64,000 bases of DNA, taken from NCBI GenBank assembly GCA_037447605.1, contig CM074806.1:558001-622000 (forward strand). Direction: 5' to 3'. The position numbers and the translations under genes are program-made. The notes beneath the pieces are model-generated. The model did not search any database. It saw nothing but the letters and a program-made list of their open reading frames with translations, and was not told where the DNA came from. Source of the DNA: Zygnema circumcarinatum SAG 698-1b. Lineage: Eukaryota > Plantae > Zygnematophyceae. Shown piece after piece: positions 36,869 to 48,597 of this stretch. Position 1 is the first letter of the stretch. The number at the start of each line of letters is the position of its first letter.

Positions 36869-39800
36869 TCAACTCTGGACCGTTTTTTCCGCTGCTGCCC
36901 GAACTTCCACCCCTGCCCCTTTCGTCCCAGCTGCCGCCGTCTGATTGGTTCCCGCGCCCTCCGCCGGTCTGTGATTGGCGCAGAAACAATTTCCCGCCCT
37001 GACCGAGGCCTCGGTGTCGGCGGAGCCGTCGGGCACTTGCACGCCGCAAATTTTGCAGAAGCTGTTTTTGGAGTGTACGGAAAAGTCGCCCTTGAGGTAG
37101 CGCTCGTACAGCGTCCCGCCCTTCATCGAGTCGTGGTCGTTGACCAGGTTCGGGAGGCCCTCCGCGGGGGAAAGGGGGGAGGGGGGGGCCGCGCTCGGGG
37201 GCTGGCCCTTCTTCTTCACAGTGGATGCCTGCGGGAGAGAGAGAGAGGGGGGGAGGGAGAGAGAGGGGGAGGGGAGGGGGGGGGAGGGAGAGAGGAGGGG
37301 GGGGAAGGGAGAGGGAGAGGGAGAAAGGGAGAGAGAGGGAGAAGTGAGAGGGGGGAGAGGAGGGGAGACAGAGAGAAGAGAGGGAGGGAGGGGGGAAGAG
37401 AGAGTGGGGGAGAGGGGGAGAGAGAGAGAGTGGGAGAGAGGGAAAGGGAGAGAGGAAGAGGGAGAAAGGTGAAGACCGAGAGAAAGAGGGAGAGGGAGAG
37501 AGAGAGGGGGGAGAGAAAGGCCGAGAGGGAGCGAGCGAGAGAGAGAGGGGAAAAGGAGGGAGGAGGGGCGTGAGAGAGAGGGGTGGAGGGCGAGGAGAGC
37601 GCGAGGTACAGGGACGTGAGGAGAGGGAAAAGGCCCCGGAAAAACCTAGCAACGACCCGAAACCCTAAAACCCCAAACCCTAAAATTCCAAGCCCTTAAA
37701 CCCTAAACCCTTAAATCCTAATCCCTCCGGCGGACCTTGAGTTTCTTCCAGAGGCTCTTCTTCTCCTTGAGCCGCGGCACGGGGCACGCGAGGTCATCGC
37801 TTTGAGAGGTCGCCGACGGGAGGAGGTCGACGACCACCACCGTGACATCGTCACGCAGCCCGCGGAGGCGAATGGACTCCTGCCACGTCAACACGCACAC
37901 ACGTGCGAGATGAGATGAGAGACTCCCATGTTTTTACTTCTCGTTTTTTTTTTTTTAAATAAATGTGATTTAGCTTATAGAGTGAGTTGATGTTAATGTG
38001 GGGACCACCTTACCTTTACGAGAACATCGGCGGCTTTTGTGCAAGGAAGCCCGCGAGAGACGGAAGCAACTTTGTTGGAATCGACGGCATCCCAAAGACC
38101 GTCGGAGGCTATGATGATGCGGCCACCTGACCGGGGCACCTGCCCGAAAAAAAAAAAAAAAAAAATGGGGGTGGGGGCGGGGGGGGGGGTGGAACACACA
38201 GATACATACAAATAAATCAGAAATTATGACATGAGGAGGCGAACAATGAACAGTTTTGGGCTGTAAATTAGGGGTCGTAGGGTTCAAGGCTTCTCGGTTT
38301 TGGGACAAGTGGACATTGGAAAGGGTTTGGGAGGTTTAGGGCTGAGGTGGCATCGTGCCTCAATCTGCCGCACGTGTGGGAGGGGAGTGATCTGCGGCCC
38401 ACAGTCGATGTCTCCAATGGACCGCGACACGCAAAGGCCCCCCGGCCAACTCCTCAGGGGGCCCACCTGGGGGGGGGGAGGGAGAGGGAGAGGGAGAGAG
38501 AGAGGGAGAGAGGTGAGCGAGGGAGAGAGAGAGTGGCAGGGAAACGAGAGAGCGAAGAAGAACGAAAAACGAGAGTGAGGGAGGCAGAATAGGGAGAGAG
38601 AAGGGTGGTGGAGGGGGGGTAGGGAGAGAGGTGGGGAGAGAGAGGAGAGGGACAGAGGGCGAGGGAGAGAAAGGGGGGAGAGAGAGAAGGGTGGCGAGCG
38701 AGTGAAGGGGGATGAAGGGAGGCAGAGTGAGGAATGGGAAAAGAGAGGGGAGGGGGGGGGGGGGGGGAAGGGAAGAATGGANNNNNNNNNNTGGAGAGGG
38801 AAAAGAGAGAGAGGGAGAGTGAGGAGAGATGGGGGACAGAGGAAGGAGAGAGGGGGGGTGGAAGAGAGAAGGGAGAGAGGGAGAGAGAAAAGGGAGAGGA
38901 GAGGGATGAAACAGAGTACAAAGAGAGATATTTCAGAGCTCCTTCCGAAATACTTGTTTCCTGCTGCTAGGTTGTTGGCAGTCCAAATGCAGAACTTGTC
39001 AAAAGAGTGCTCATAATGGTCTCAGATCTTTCAGGATACTTTCGTTTCAACTCGATAAACTCGGTTTCAATCCCAGAAAACTTGCTTTCAAGTTCACAAC
39101 TGTTTCACCAAATTGGGTCTGATAACTAAATAACATTCTATCTACCGATTTCAGTTCCCGTTTTTTTTCTATTTCCCGGGGGTGGGGTTTTTTTTTTTTT
39201 TTCCCTATTTTTTTTAGGAGTTCGGCCTCTCACCTCAACCCCCTGATACGTCTTCAAACGCGCGATCATTCCGCCCTCCTTCAGAACTCGCTCTCGTCTG
39301 CTCCGCCAATGAGGGGGCCCCAAACAAGCAAAAAAATAAGTGACAAAAAAACAAGAAAACATGAAATGACACAATATAACATAAAGTAATATATATATCG
39401 AAACAATTAGTTATCATCCGACCCAGATGGAAAACAAACAAAAACAAACCGCTGCTTATAAAGCATGCAACTCACTCACTCTTCCTTTGAATCTTCAAAG
39501 CGGTGGTCCACAGAGAGCTCCTGCACTCCCCCTCCCACCGTGTCCAACACAGCGCGGGAGTCTCCCACAGCCGCTACAGTCACAGTCCAACCGGCTACCA
39601 CCACCACTGTCACAGTCGTTCCGGAAGCTTCTCCCTCTGCGCCCCCGCGCTTTCAGAATTAGAAAACGTTCATAAATTGGTTTTTAGGATGTGCAATTTT
39701 TGAAGGATTGGGATTCAAAAGTTTTGGAGTGTGGGATTGGGCCCTCCCATTATTTCTCATTCACATAATTCCCCCGGCCTTCCCCCTCCCCCCTCCCGCT

Positions 39801-40906
39801 TAACCCATCCTCCCTCCCCCCGCTCCCGCCTCTTCCCCTCCCGCCTTCCCCCTCCCCACTCCCCCCTCCCACCTCCCACCTCTCCTCCCCCCTTCTGCCC
39901 CCCTCTCCCCTACCCCATCCTCTCCCCTAACGTTCCAGCCTCCCGCCTCTCCTCTCCCCCCATCCCCTCCCCCTCCCCCCCCCTCACCCTTACCTCCCCC
40001 TCGCCCTCCTCCTTCCGTCCCCCCCTCCCCATATCTCGCCCCCCCTTCTCCCTCCCCCCCCCTCCCTTCCCTNNNNNNNNNNCTCCCTCCCTCACTCTTG
40101 GCGAAGGCGGTGTTGCAGAGCAGGAAGCTCTCCGCCAGTGCCTGCGGGAGGCCCTGCAGCCACGCCGCGCGCCCCCCCGCGCCCTCGCCCCCCCCCGGCC
40201 CGCCCTCACTCAGCGCGGTGAGGGCGAGGGCCTGCGCGAGGGCGGGCCCGAGGGAGGCCTTCGCGTGCGCCGCCGCGGACCCGCCGTTGTGCCCGTCGAA
40301 GACCTGCCCGTTCCGTTCCGCGGAACAGAACGGAACACAACGGAACACAACGGAACACAACGGAAATCTGTTAGTTGATGAGATAAGGGTTCCATGGGGA
40401 TTGTTTTAAGGAAGGGCAAAGGTAGTACCACTGCAGAAGCTATTCCTGGACAAGTGTTTTTTTTTATGAAGCCGAACAGCAGCTGTTGGAAAATGATGCA
40501 TTGAGTGCTTTATTTGAAGGGCAAAAGGTGAGAGGAAAGGAAGAGAGCGAGAGCAGCGACCCATCCTCGGAATCTACGGCAGTAAGAAAGCGGCGATTCC
40601 TCAAACAGAAAATGCAGAACTTCCAAAAGATTAGGTCATTAAACCGTGCGATCGGAACCTCAAAAAAGAGAAAGAGAGAGAGAGGTAGGAGAGAGACTCA
40701 CACAGTACATCCCGAACTCCACGCCGCCACTCTCACATCTGGGTTCCACATGATAAAAATCCTCTCCCTTCTTCACTTGCACTGATGTAGACCACCTCAC
40801 TATGGGAGGAGGCTCGTCCCCTTCATTTGGCTCCATTATGCTTCCAATGAGGGAGGGGGCGCTGGCAGCATCAGCCGTCCGGCAGCGATACAAGGGGCCA
40901 GAAACC
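36869..40906 (-). CDS. Protein phosphatase 2C (PP2C5/12/15-like clade); start codon not fixed
   Basis: KKGEDF, VFDGHNG, VAAVGDSRAVL, VDHRFED, GPLRSWPGGLCVSRSIGD, RIIIASDGLWD, RGLRDDVTVVVVD and a C-terminal FCKICG...FCANH segment, split over GT-AG exons. The 5' boundary is approximate. Confidence 0.9.
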
Positions 40907-43900
40907 CTAATTTTTTTCAAATAAACCCTAAAAAAAACTCTACTGACAAGTGTCTGCTATACGTTTCTTGAACCAAAAGGAACCGAAGAAGTGTTCTAGA
41001 GAGATAATGACATTTTTTCGTCACCAAGATAAGGGAGATAAGGTCGAAACTTGACTTCCTCAGAAGAATTCAGTTCACTGAGTGCGAAAAGGCCCCTGCA
41101 AGTGCCTCGCCATGACCAGATATAATGAATGAGGCCTTCAATTTTTGAAACCATTGAGAACATAACAGAACATTGTCATAGTAGAGAGACACGTGTAAAT
41201 GATAGGAATGTAAAGACAGTACAGAGGTGGAACTTAACGTAAGGGCACACTATCTCGGTACATGATTACTATTCTAAAGTCAAGGGGTTGAGAGTCTGGC
41301 ATGAATCCTTTTGATATAGTCAACAGACGCATGAAGAAGTGAGAATAGGTAGAAGGTGACTGTACATTCGACCTTTAAAACTCCTTTGGTTCATCAAAGA
41401 GAGAAGAGGAGAAGGAGACGGAGAGAGAGAAGGGAGAGAGCGAGAGAAGAGTAGCAGCAAGGTCAAATGAACACAGTAATTCCGGGTATCGAAACCAAAA
41501 ACTTGCACATTCCTTTTAAAAAACGGAAAAAAAAAAAACTAAGTCAAAGGGAAACGTGGCCATCAAAAGTCACATAAAAAGAAAAGCATTCATATGAACC
41601 AGGGCAAGAGTTTAAAAACCGAAATACCTACAAACCAAGTTTACAAAAATGCTTATTCCAGCCCCCTCCACTTCCCCACTGTCTCCGTCCCACACTATCG
41701 CTCCTCTCTCTCACATTCTGTCCCACTTCCACGCTGTCTTTTTATCCCTCTCCTTCTCTCCCCCACTCGCTCCCCTCCCTCACCATCTCACTATCGGCCC
41801 ATCCACCCTCTCCGCCCCTCCCCCCCTCCCCCTCCCCCTTCCCCCCTCAGTCTCTCCCTCCCTCTCGTAATCTCCCACTTTCGCTCCACTATCTTTCCTT
41901 TCCCACGCCATTCCTCCCCCCCCCCCCTCTCTCTTTCAACCAACCCCCACTGGCATTCGCCTCCCTCCTCACCCTTCCTCCCCCCTATCCTTCATTACAT
42001 TTTAGCTCCCCTCCCCCTCCTCACTCTCTATTTCCGTCCCTTTTTCATCCTCTTCCCCATCCTCACTTCCACTCTTCCATTCTCGCTCTCCCACCCTCTG
42101 CCATACCCACAACTCCACCCGCTCCCGTCCCCCCTCTCTCGCGATCGCTCTTCTCCCTCTCCTCCCACTCCGCTTTCCTCTCCTTTCCTCCCCCCCTCCC
42201 CTCTCCTTCCCCCTCCCTTCTTTCCCTCCCCCTTCCTCCCATCACCCTCTTTCCCTCCCTCCCCATCCCTCCCTCCCCATCTCTACTTCCCCCCTCTACC
42301 TCCCTCCCTCCCTCGCACTCTCTCTCACACTGCGCGAGCAAGAGATTAACAGACTCAAAACCTAGAAATTACTTCTCCTAGCGTCTTCATCACTGCATGT
42401 GAACCAATCCATGTTTCTGCCACTGACAGTTCTATGACCCTCTTCAATTTCAAATCTGGCCCTCCTCACGTTTACCTTTGCGGGAAATGCGCCGAACTTT
42501 CACCAAAACAGTTGACTCGCCGACTAACCAGCGACATTGTAAGGCCAATCCTTCAAACTTTTTCAGGAGTTTGAGAGAATGTGGTTCAGATCAAGCAGGA
42601 TCTGGTTCAAGAAATTTATGCATGCACAGTTTTAAAGGGTGGAGACTGCGCAGCTCAAGCTTTGCAGATTGGCTCCCACGGGGCAGAAACACAGATATGG
42701 GGCGTTTCGCAGGCACATTATAAACCTTAAATCATCTAAAGAATGCAAAATAAAATGGTGAAAAATCTAAATCTCCGTCTAAATTTTTCAGTGTTTTTTG
42801 AGCTGAGGAAGGGGCTTGGCTTAGTGCTTGAGCTGATTTAACAGCGAGTTCCGCGGAACAGGGGGTTCTTAACGCGGACGTTCCGCCGAACGGCAGTCAA
42901 TAGGAGGCAGACAACAGAGTTGAACGGACGTAACTGAGAATGTCCGTACATGTTCGTACATGTTCGTACACATTCATACAGAAAAATCTGACCGTCCAAT
43001 TAACCGACGGTTTAAATAGCCCAAAGGTCACTTTTGTCAAATGGCAATTTTTCTTAAATTTTTTAAAATTTCTTTTTTTTTTAGGGTTCCCCGGTACGGC
43101 TAGACTTCTGAGCTCCCGAGGTAGCCAGTGGGAGGCAGCCACGCGGTGCCCCACGTGACAGTGGCAGAGGGCGGCAAAATAACCAAAAATGTACGGTCAT
43201 GTACAGACAGAGTCAAAGGCACCGACCATGCCCGCCAGCCGTACTGCCAGCGAGGTGGGACGAGTGCCTGACAGACTGCCACGTGATGAACTGTGACTGG
43301 TGGACAAAAAGTCGGCAGTGCAGTTTGGAGGTTTCGAATTAATGGGGGCTTTCCATCACACGGGCGAAACTGCTGCAGGGGCACGCCTCCAGGGCCGTAC
43401 GCTCTGCGACAAAATAGGGGGTACGGTACAGAAAATTGACCGGATACCATGTGGCGCGAGCGGGTTAGTTGGTTCAGAAATGAGTGAATCTGCGTAATCC
43501 TACATTATGACGTCACTTATACATCAGCAGTGCCGACAATCTAATTCGCACCCGAAAAGGGGCTAAAAATGTATTTATAGTTTTCTACATAGAAAATTTT
43601 CTATTGCCACGTGGCGGCCATCGAGAACGGGATTCGACCTGCTGTCACGTGGGAAATTGTTATATGACGACAGGTGGCAGCTCCCAGCCAGTTTCAAACA
43701 GCCGCGTGTGCGGACGGCTCGCAGGTTTTATTTTTAGAGGAAAAAAAAAAACAATACATAGAAAGTCAAAACCTAGCTGGGTTTGTAACTTGAGAAAAAG
43801 AAACTGGAAACCTTCTTTTAATTTTTTTGGAAACTCGGAAATGCGCTCGTATCGTACATTTACCAAAAATCAAGAGATTTCTTTCAAGAGTCACGTGGCA

Positions 43901-44331
43901 GCACGCCTGCGCCTGATTGGACAGACCAAGTCAAATCGATCAAGACAAGTCACGTGATCACATAAAAAGACAAAAATCATTTGGACGGAATTGCCAGCGC
44001 GTCCTGACTTTCCCGTACGGTCCAAAAGCGTCCAAATGTGGACGGCGCTCCGTTTATCCACTGCGACCTCTGATTGGCTGCCACGCTGGACACCAGGCAA
44101 CTAATGAAAGACGAGATGGTCTGCCTCGTGGACTACAAATAACCAATCACATTCGAGCATTGGCGCCACGTGGTAGAAGGGGATGCCGCGACTCGCCGCA
44201 GTTTCGCGGCTATCTACAGGTGCGAGTTTGTCGCTACTTGAGGCCCCGTTCCACGCTGTTCGCTGTAGTTCTGAATTCCGTCGTCGAATCTCAAAAGTTA
44301 TTTGTACCGCCTAACCCTGGGCAGGAAAATA

Positions 44332-45020
44332 GGAGAATGCTACTGCAACCCCCTATTTTGGCTTTCGCACCCCCCTTTTTTAAAATTTTGCCTGCCCATT
44401 TGGTTTATCCACCTCCCCCTACATTGGATATTTCAGCCCCTTTTTTTGGACATTCCATCCCCCTGTTTTGAATATTTCGGGAGAATCTATGTCCCGGCCC
44501 TCCCCTCCTCTTTTTTTGGACATTCCACCCCCCCGTTTTCTCCTTTTCACTATTGACTTCCAACATTGTGCGAAACAAAAGAAAAGGGGATTTGCATTGA
44601 TCTCAAGATGATGAGGCCCTTCAAATGAACATGGACGAAGTCAACATGGGGAACCACAAGAAACTGGTCGCAAATGAACTAATCACAAAATAAAAAAACT
44701 AGGAGCGAAAAACTAAACTAAACTAAGCTTAAGAGCAAAAACGCAGTCATACTCAATTGGTAGCATTTCTATGGACATTGCAAACCGAGAAGAGGAGAGA
44801 AGAGGGGAGGGCAAGGGAGGGGAGGGGAGGGGAGGGGAGTTGACGGGAGGGGCGGGAAAAAGATTCCCTCCCGAAATATTCAAAACAAGGGCGTGGAATG
44901 TCCAAAAAAAATGGGGTGAAATTAATATCCAAAACAGGGTGGGATAACCAAAATGGGCAGGCAAAATTTTCAAAAAGGGGGATGCGAAAGCCAAAATAGG
45001 GGGGTGCGGTAACACTCTCC
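44332..45020. mobile_element. MULE-like non-autonomous element with imperfect TIRs of about 170 bp and an 8-bp TSD
   Basis: 44332-44500 is the reverse complement of 44845-45020; GGAAAATA flanks both ends (44324-44331, 45021-45028). Confidence 0.75.
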
Positions 45021-45204
45021 GGAAAATATTGTACTATCATAGTGATCTGTCCGGTACCGTTTGGCCAACGGGTCGAAACTGCCATGTAACGTACTTATCG
45101 TACGAGTACGGATACGATACATATGCACAGTTAAGCGTAGCAAGATGAGAACTGTTTTACGGAACAGCGTGAACGAAAATCTCATAGAGCGTGACACAGC
45201 TCTT

Positions 45205-45660
45205 GACCCTAATCCCTAACCCTAACGCTAACCCTAAACCCTACCGCTAATCTTTACCTTCACAGTAACCCTAACCCTAAACCCTACCGCTAATTTTTAC
45301 CTTCACAGGAACCCTAACCCTAAGCAGTAGCCTTAATCCCAACCCAAACCCAAACCCTAATTGAAAACCCAACCCTAATCCTAACCCTAACCCAAACCCG
45401 AACCCTAACCCTAAACCGTACCGCTAATCTTTACCTTCACAGTAACCCTAACCCTAAGCAGCAGCCTTAATCCCAACCCAAACCCAAACCCTAATTGTAA
45501 ACCCAACCCTAATTCTAACCCTAACCCTCAAACTAGTCTTTCCCGCAGCCCCAACCCTAATCCTCGCCCTCGTTTTGCAGCTACCCCACCTCTAGTCCAA
45601 ACCCTAACACTGATTCTGAACCCCAACTCTTAAACTCTACCTGAACACTAACCCTAATTT
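45205..45660. repeat. Telomere-like tract rich in the hexamer CCCTAA, with internal block duplications, upstream of ATG12
   Basis: aaccctaaccctaa units; the block taccgctaatctttaccttcacagtaaccctaaccctaa recurs three times. Confidence 0.8.
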
Positions 45661-45852
45661 CTTTCCTAACCTTGCCGGAGTAGGCTGCTTGCCTCCTTAG
45701 GGCGGAGAAAAGCACGAGCTGGACCTTAGAAATTCCCAAAACCCTAGAGTTCTATGAGTTCCCTGAAAGCCTTCGACGCCCTTGAAGCCCCCTGAACTCT
45801 TCGCCCCTCCCTCCCTCCCTCCCGTCGCTGCAAGGGCGAGCGGCAGGCGGCC

Positions 45853-47091
45853 ATGGCGGCGAGCGAAGGAGGCGGCGCCCCGACTGCTCGCAAAGGTCCC
45901 CCTCCCCCGTATGTCGCTTCGCTTGGCTGTGCTGGGATCTCGCCATCTCTCGCTCTCTCGCTCTCTCGCTCTCTTTCTCTCTTTCCTCCTCCCTCCCACC
46001 TTCCCTCCCTCCCTCCGTCCTTTCCCCCCTCTTGCACCCCCCCTCCCTCCCTCTCTCTCCCTCACTATCTCTCACTCCCCACTCCCACTCTCCCCTCCCT
46101 CCCCCCTTGCCCTTTAGCCATTTCTCCACCTCCCTCCCTTGCCCACTCTGTTTTTTGCCCCCACCTCTCGTTCTCTCCATTCCTGTCTCCCTCTCCCTCC
46201 CTGCCTCCCTAACTCCCTCCCGTCCTCCCTCCCTCCCTCCCTCAGTGGAGCCCACACCTGACAGCGAGTGGGGAGGGAGGGAGGGAGAGGCTGTGGCTTG
46301 CAGTGGTGGTGTTGTTCCGAGCAACAGGCGATGCCCCGATCTTGAAGCAGACCAAGTACAAGGTGGCCGGCTGTCTGCCACTGTTTGACTTTCGGGCTTT
46401 CAGGAAACTATTATTTAAGTTTTTTAGGGTTAGAACTCGTTCTTCCGTTACTCTGTTATTCTTTCCTTCATCTCAGCATGATGGGGCATCGGCTTGTAAT
46501 TATTGAAGTCTTTTCATTTTTTCGTCTTTCTTTTTCCCTTCGTTTCTTTTTCTTTCTGTTTCTGAACTTTCAATTCTACCGTTTAAGTCTAACAAACTGT
46601 AATTGTTTTTTGCTCTGCTCAGATCGGAGCAGTGGAAAAATTCAGCAAAGTGGTGGAGTTCCTGAAAAAGCAGTTGCATCGTGATATTGTGGTCTGTCTC
46701 TCTCTCTCTCGCTCTCTCTCTCTCTCCCCCTCCTTGCATTTTCTCTCTCCCCCTCCCCCCCTTCGCAGTTTCTCTCTCTCCCCCCCATATCTCCCTTCTT
46801 GGGCGGCACAGTTTGTAACATAGTCGCTGTGTAGCCCTTTTTGGATTTTTGCAGTTTTTGTACATCAACAGCGCTTTCGCTCCCAACTTGGACGAGAGCG
46901 TCGCCGATCTTTTTGATGTGAGTTCTATGCTGCAGTTATCAGTTGTTAGTGTTCAATTTCGGCTGAAAATTTTCCAGAATCCTAATATCCCTGAAAGTGG
47001 CTGACTGCTTGCTGCCCTCTTCCATTTGCAGAATTACGGAAGTGATGGCCGCCTCGTTGTTAATTACGCTCTCTCTCATGCATGGGGATAG
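45853..47091 (+). CDS. ATG12: Ubiquitin-like autophagy protein ATG12; 5 exons
   Basis: MAASEGGGAPTARK / VVVLFRATGDAPILKQTKYK / IGAVEKFSKVVEFLKKQLHRDIV / FLYINSAFAPNLDESVADLFD / NYGSDGRLVVNYALSHAWG*, ending in the conserved C-terminal WG. Confidence 0.96.
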
Positions 47092-48597
47092 CCAGCCTCG
47101 GCTCTCTCTCCTCTCCCCCTCTCTCTCGCTCTCCCTCTCTCCCTCTCTCTCTCTCCCTCTCTCCCCCTCTCACTCTCTGCCGCCCCGTTCTCTCCCTCGC
47201 GTCCTCCTCCCTCCTGCCCCCCCGTCTTCCCTTTTGAGGCATTTTTTAGCCTATTGGGGCATATCTCTAGTGGGCCTTTGGACAAGCCACCTCCAAGCTC
47301 CCACCCCCCCCCCTTTTTTTTTTTTCACATCGAGCTTTGTTTGTTGTGTTCCGTTGTACAATTTTCGAAATTTTGCTTCGATCGATCTGTTATAAATGTA
47401 CTCTACGCATAGAACATAGAACGCATAGACCCTCAGTTACGATATCTGTAACAAATTTCAAGTATATTGTCGCCTTTCTTGTCGATGTCGCTGAATTTAC
47501 ATCCCATGTACGGTATATACATATTTTGAGCGGGTATACCAGCCAAAAACACTAAAAAACCCTTCAAAAGACCCTAACATCCTGATTCCTGATTCGTCGA
47601 CAGTTCCAGCATTGAGGCGCTCCAACTGTCGAAGGGCGCAGGGCCGTCAAATGGGGGGACTCAGTTCTAAGCAAAAGAACCCAGCGAGCGGAATCGAACT
47701 CGGTATTCTCACCAAATGAAGATCAGAGTGGTGGACAGTACGGATTCTGATTTCAGATCTGTAATGCGAAAGCGGAGAATGGGTCCCCCTCACATAGTGG
47801 TGGGTCTCTCTCAAGGTCCAAACATAAACATAAACAAAAACATAACTATGCATAAACATCAACACGAACACAAAAAGAAAGAGATCAAACATGAACGCAT
47901 AAAATAAGCTCTCACAAACGTACGAATTGATCCAAATCCCATCGACAATCTGCCACGTGTCGATTTCCTGGCTCTCGGGCTGTCAGCCCCCGTGGCAAGC
48001 AACCATTGGCCGCTAGATTCCCCTATTGATGCCGACACGAAAGGTCGGTCAATCGCAGCCGTCAGATTCTCAAAGCGCTTCGACAACCGTCGATCTGGGA
48101 AGAACGCTGAACGGACCGGCGGAACATGGAAAGGAAGGAGGCCGTCAGAGGCTAAAACGGAGACCGATTAGGGAAGGCTTCGACGGCGGGCGGAAAGTAG
48201 GGAGCAAGAGCCGGCGACGCGTGACATCGCGTGACGGCAGCTGAAGGAAGAGCTGCACGTTTCTGTTACAAAATTTAGGGTTTGAATTTTTTCCTCTTAA
48301 CTGTAAAACTTGATATGCAAGCATGGAAGCAAAAGGCATGCACTCATGCAGTTGATTCCTGGATGTAATTTCTAATAATTTAGTGTTTTTTCGGGGCTGG
48401 GAGGGGGGGGGGTCTCGTATGTCTTTTACTGGAGAAGTCTTACGTTAATTTGGCTTAAGAGTAACGGTTTATGAATTCCTCCTCCCTCCCAACACGAAAA
48501 AAAAATGAGAATACACTGATTCAGAAGATGCAGAGAGAGAATCTATTGCTTTTCCTGCAGTAATACTCTTAGAAGCTTTTGCAGTGGTCGCCGGTCA

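Noticed and set aside
47685-47705. tRNA T-loop/B-box-like GTTCGATTCC on the minus strand
   Set aside because: No T-stem pairing, A-box or cloverleaf.
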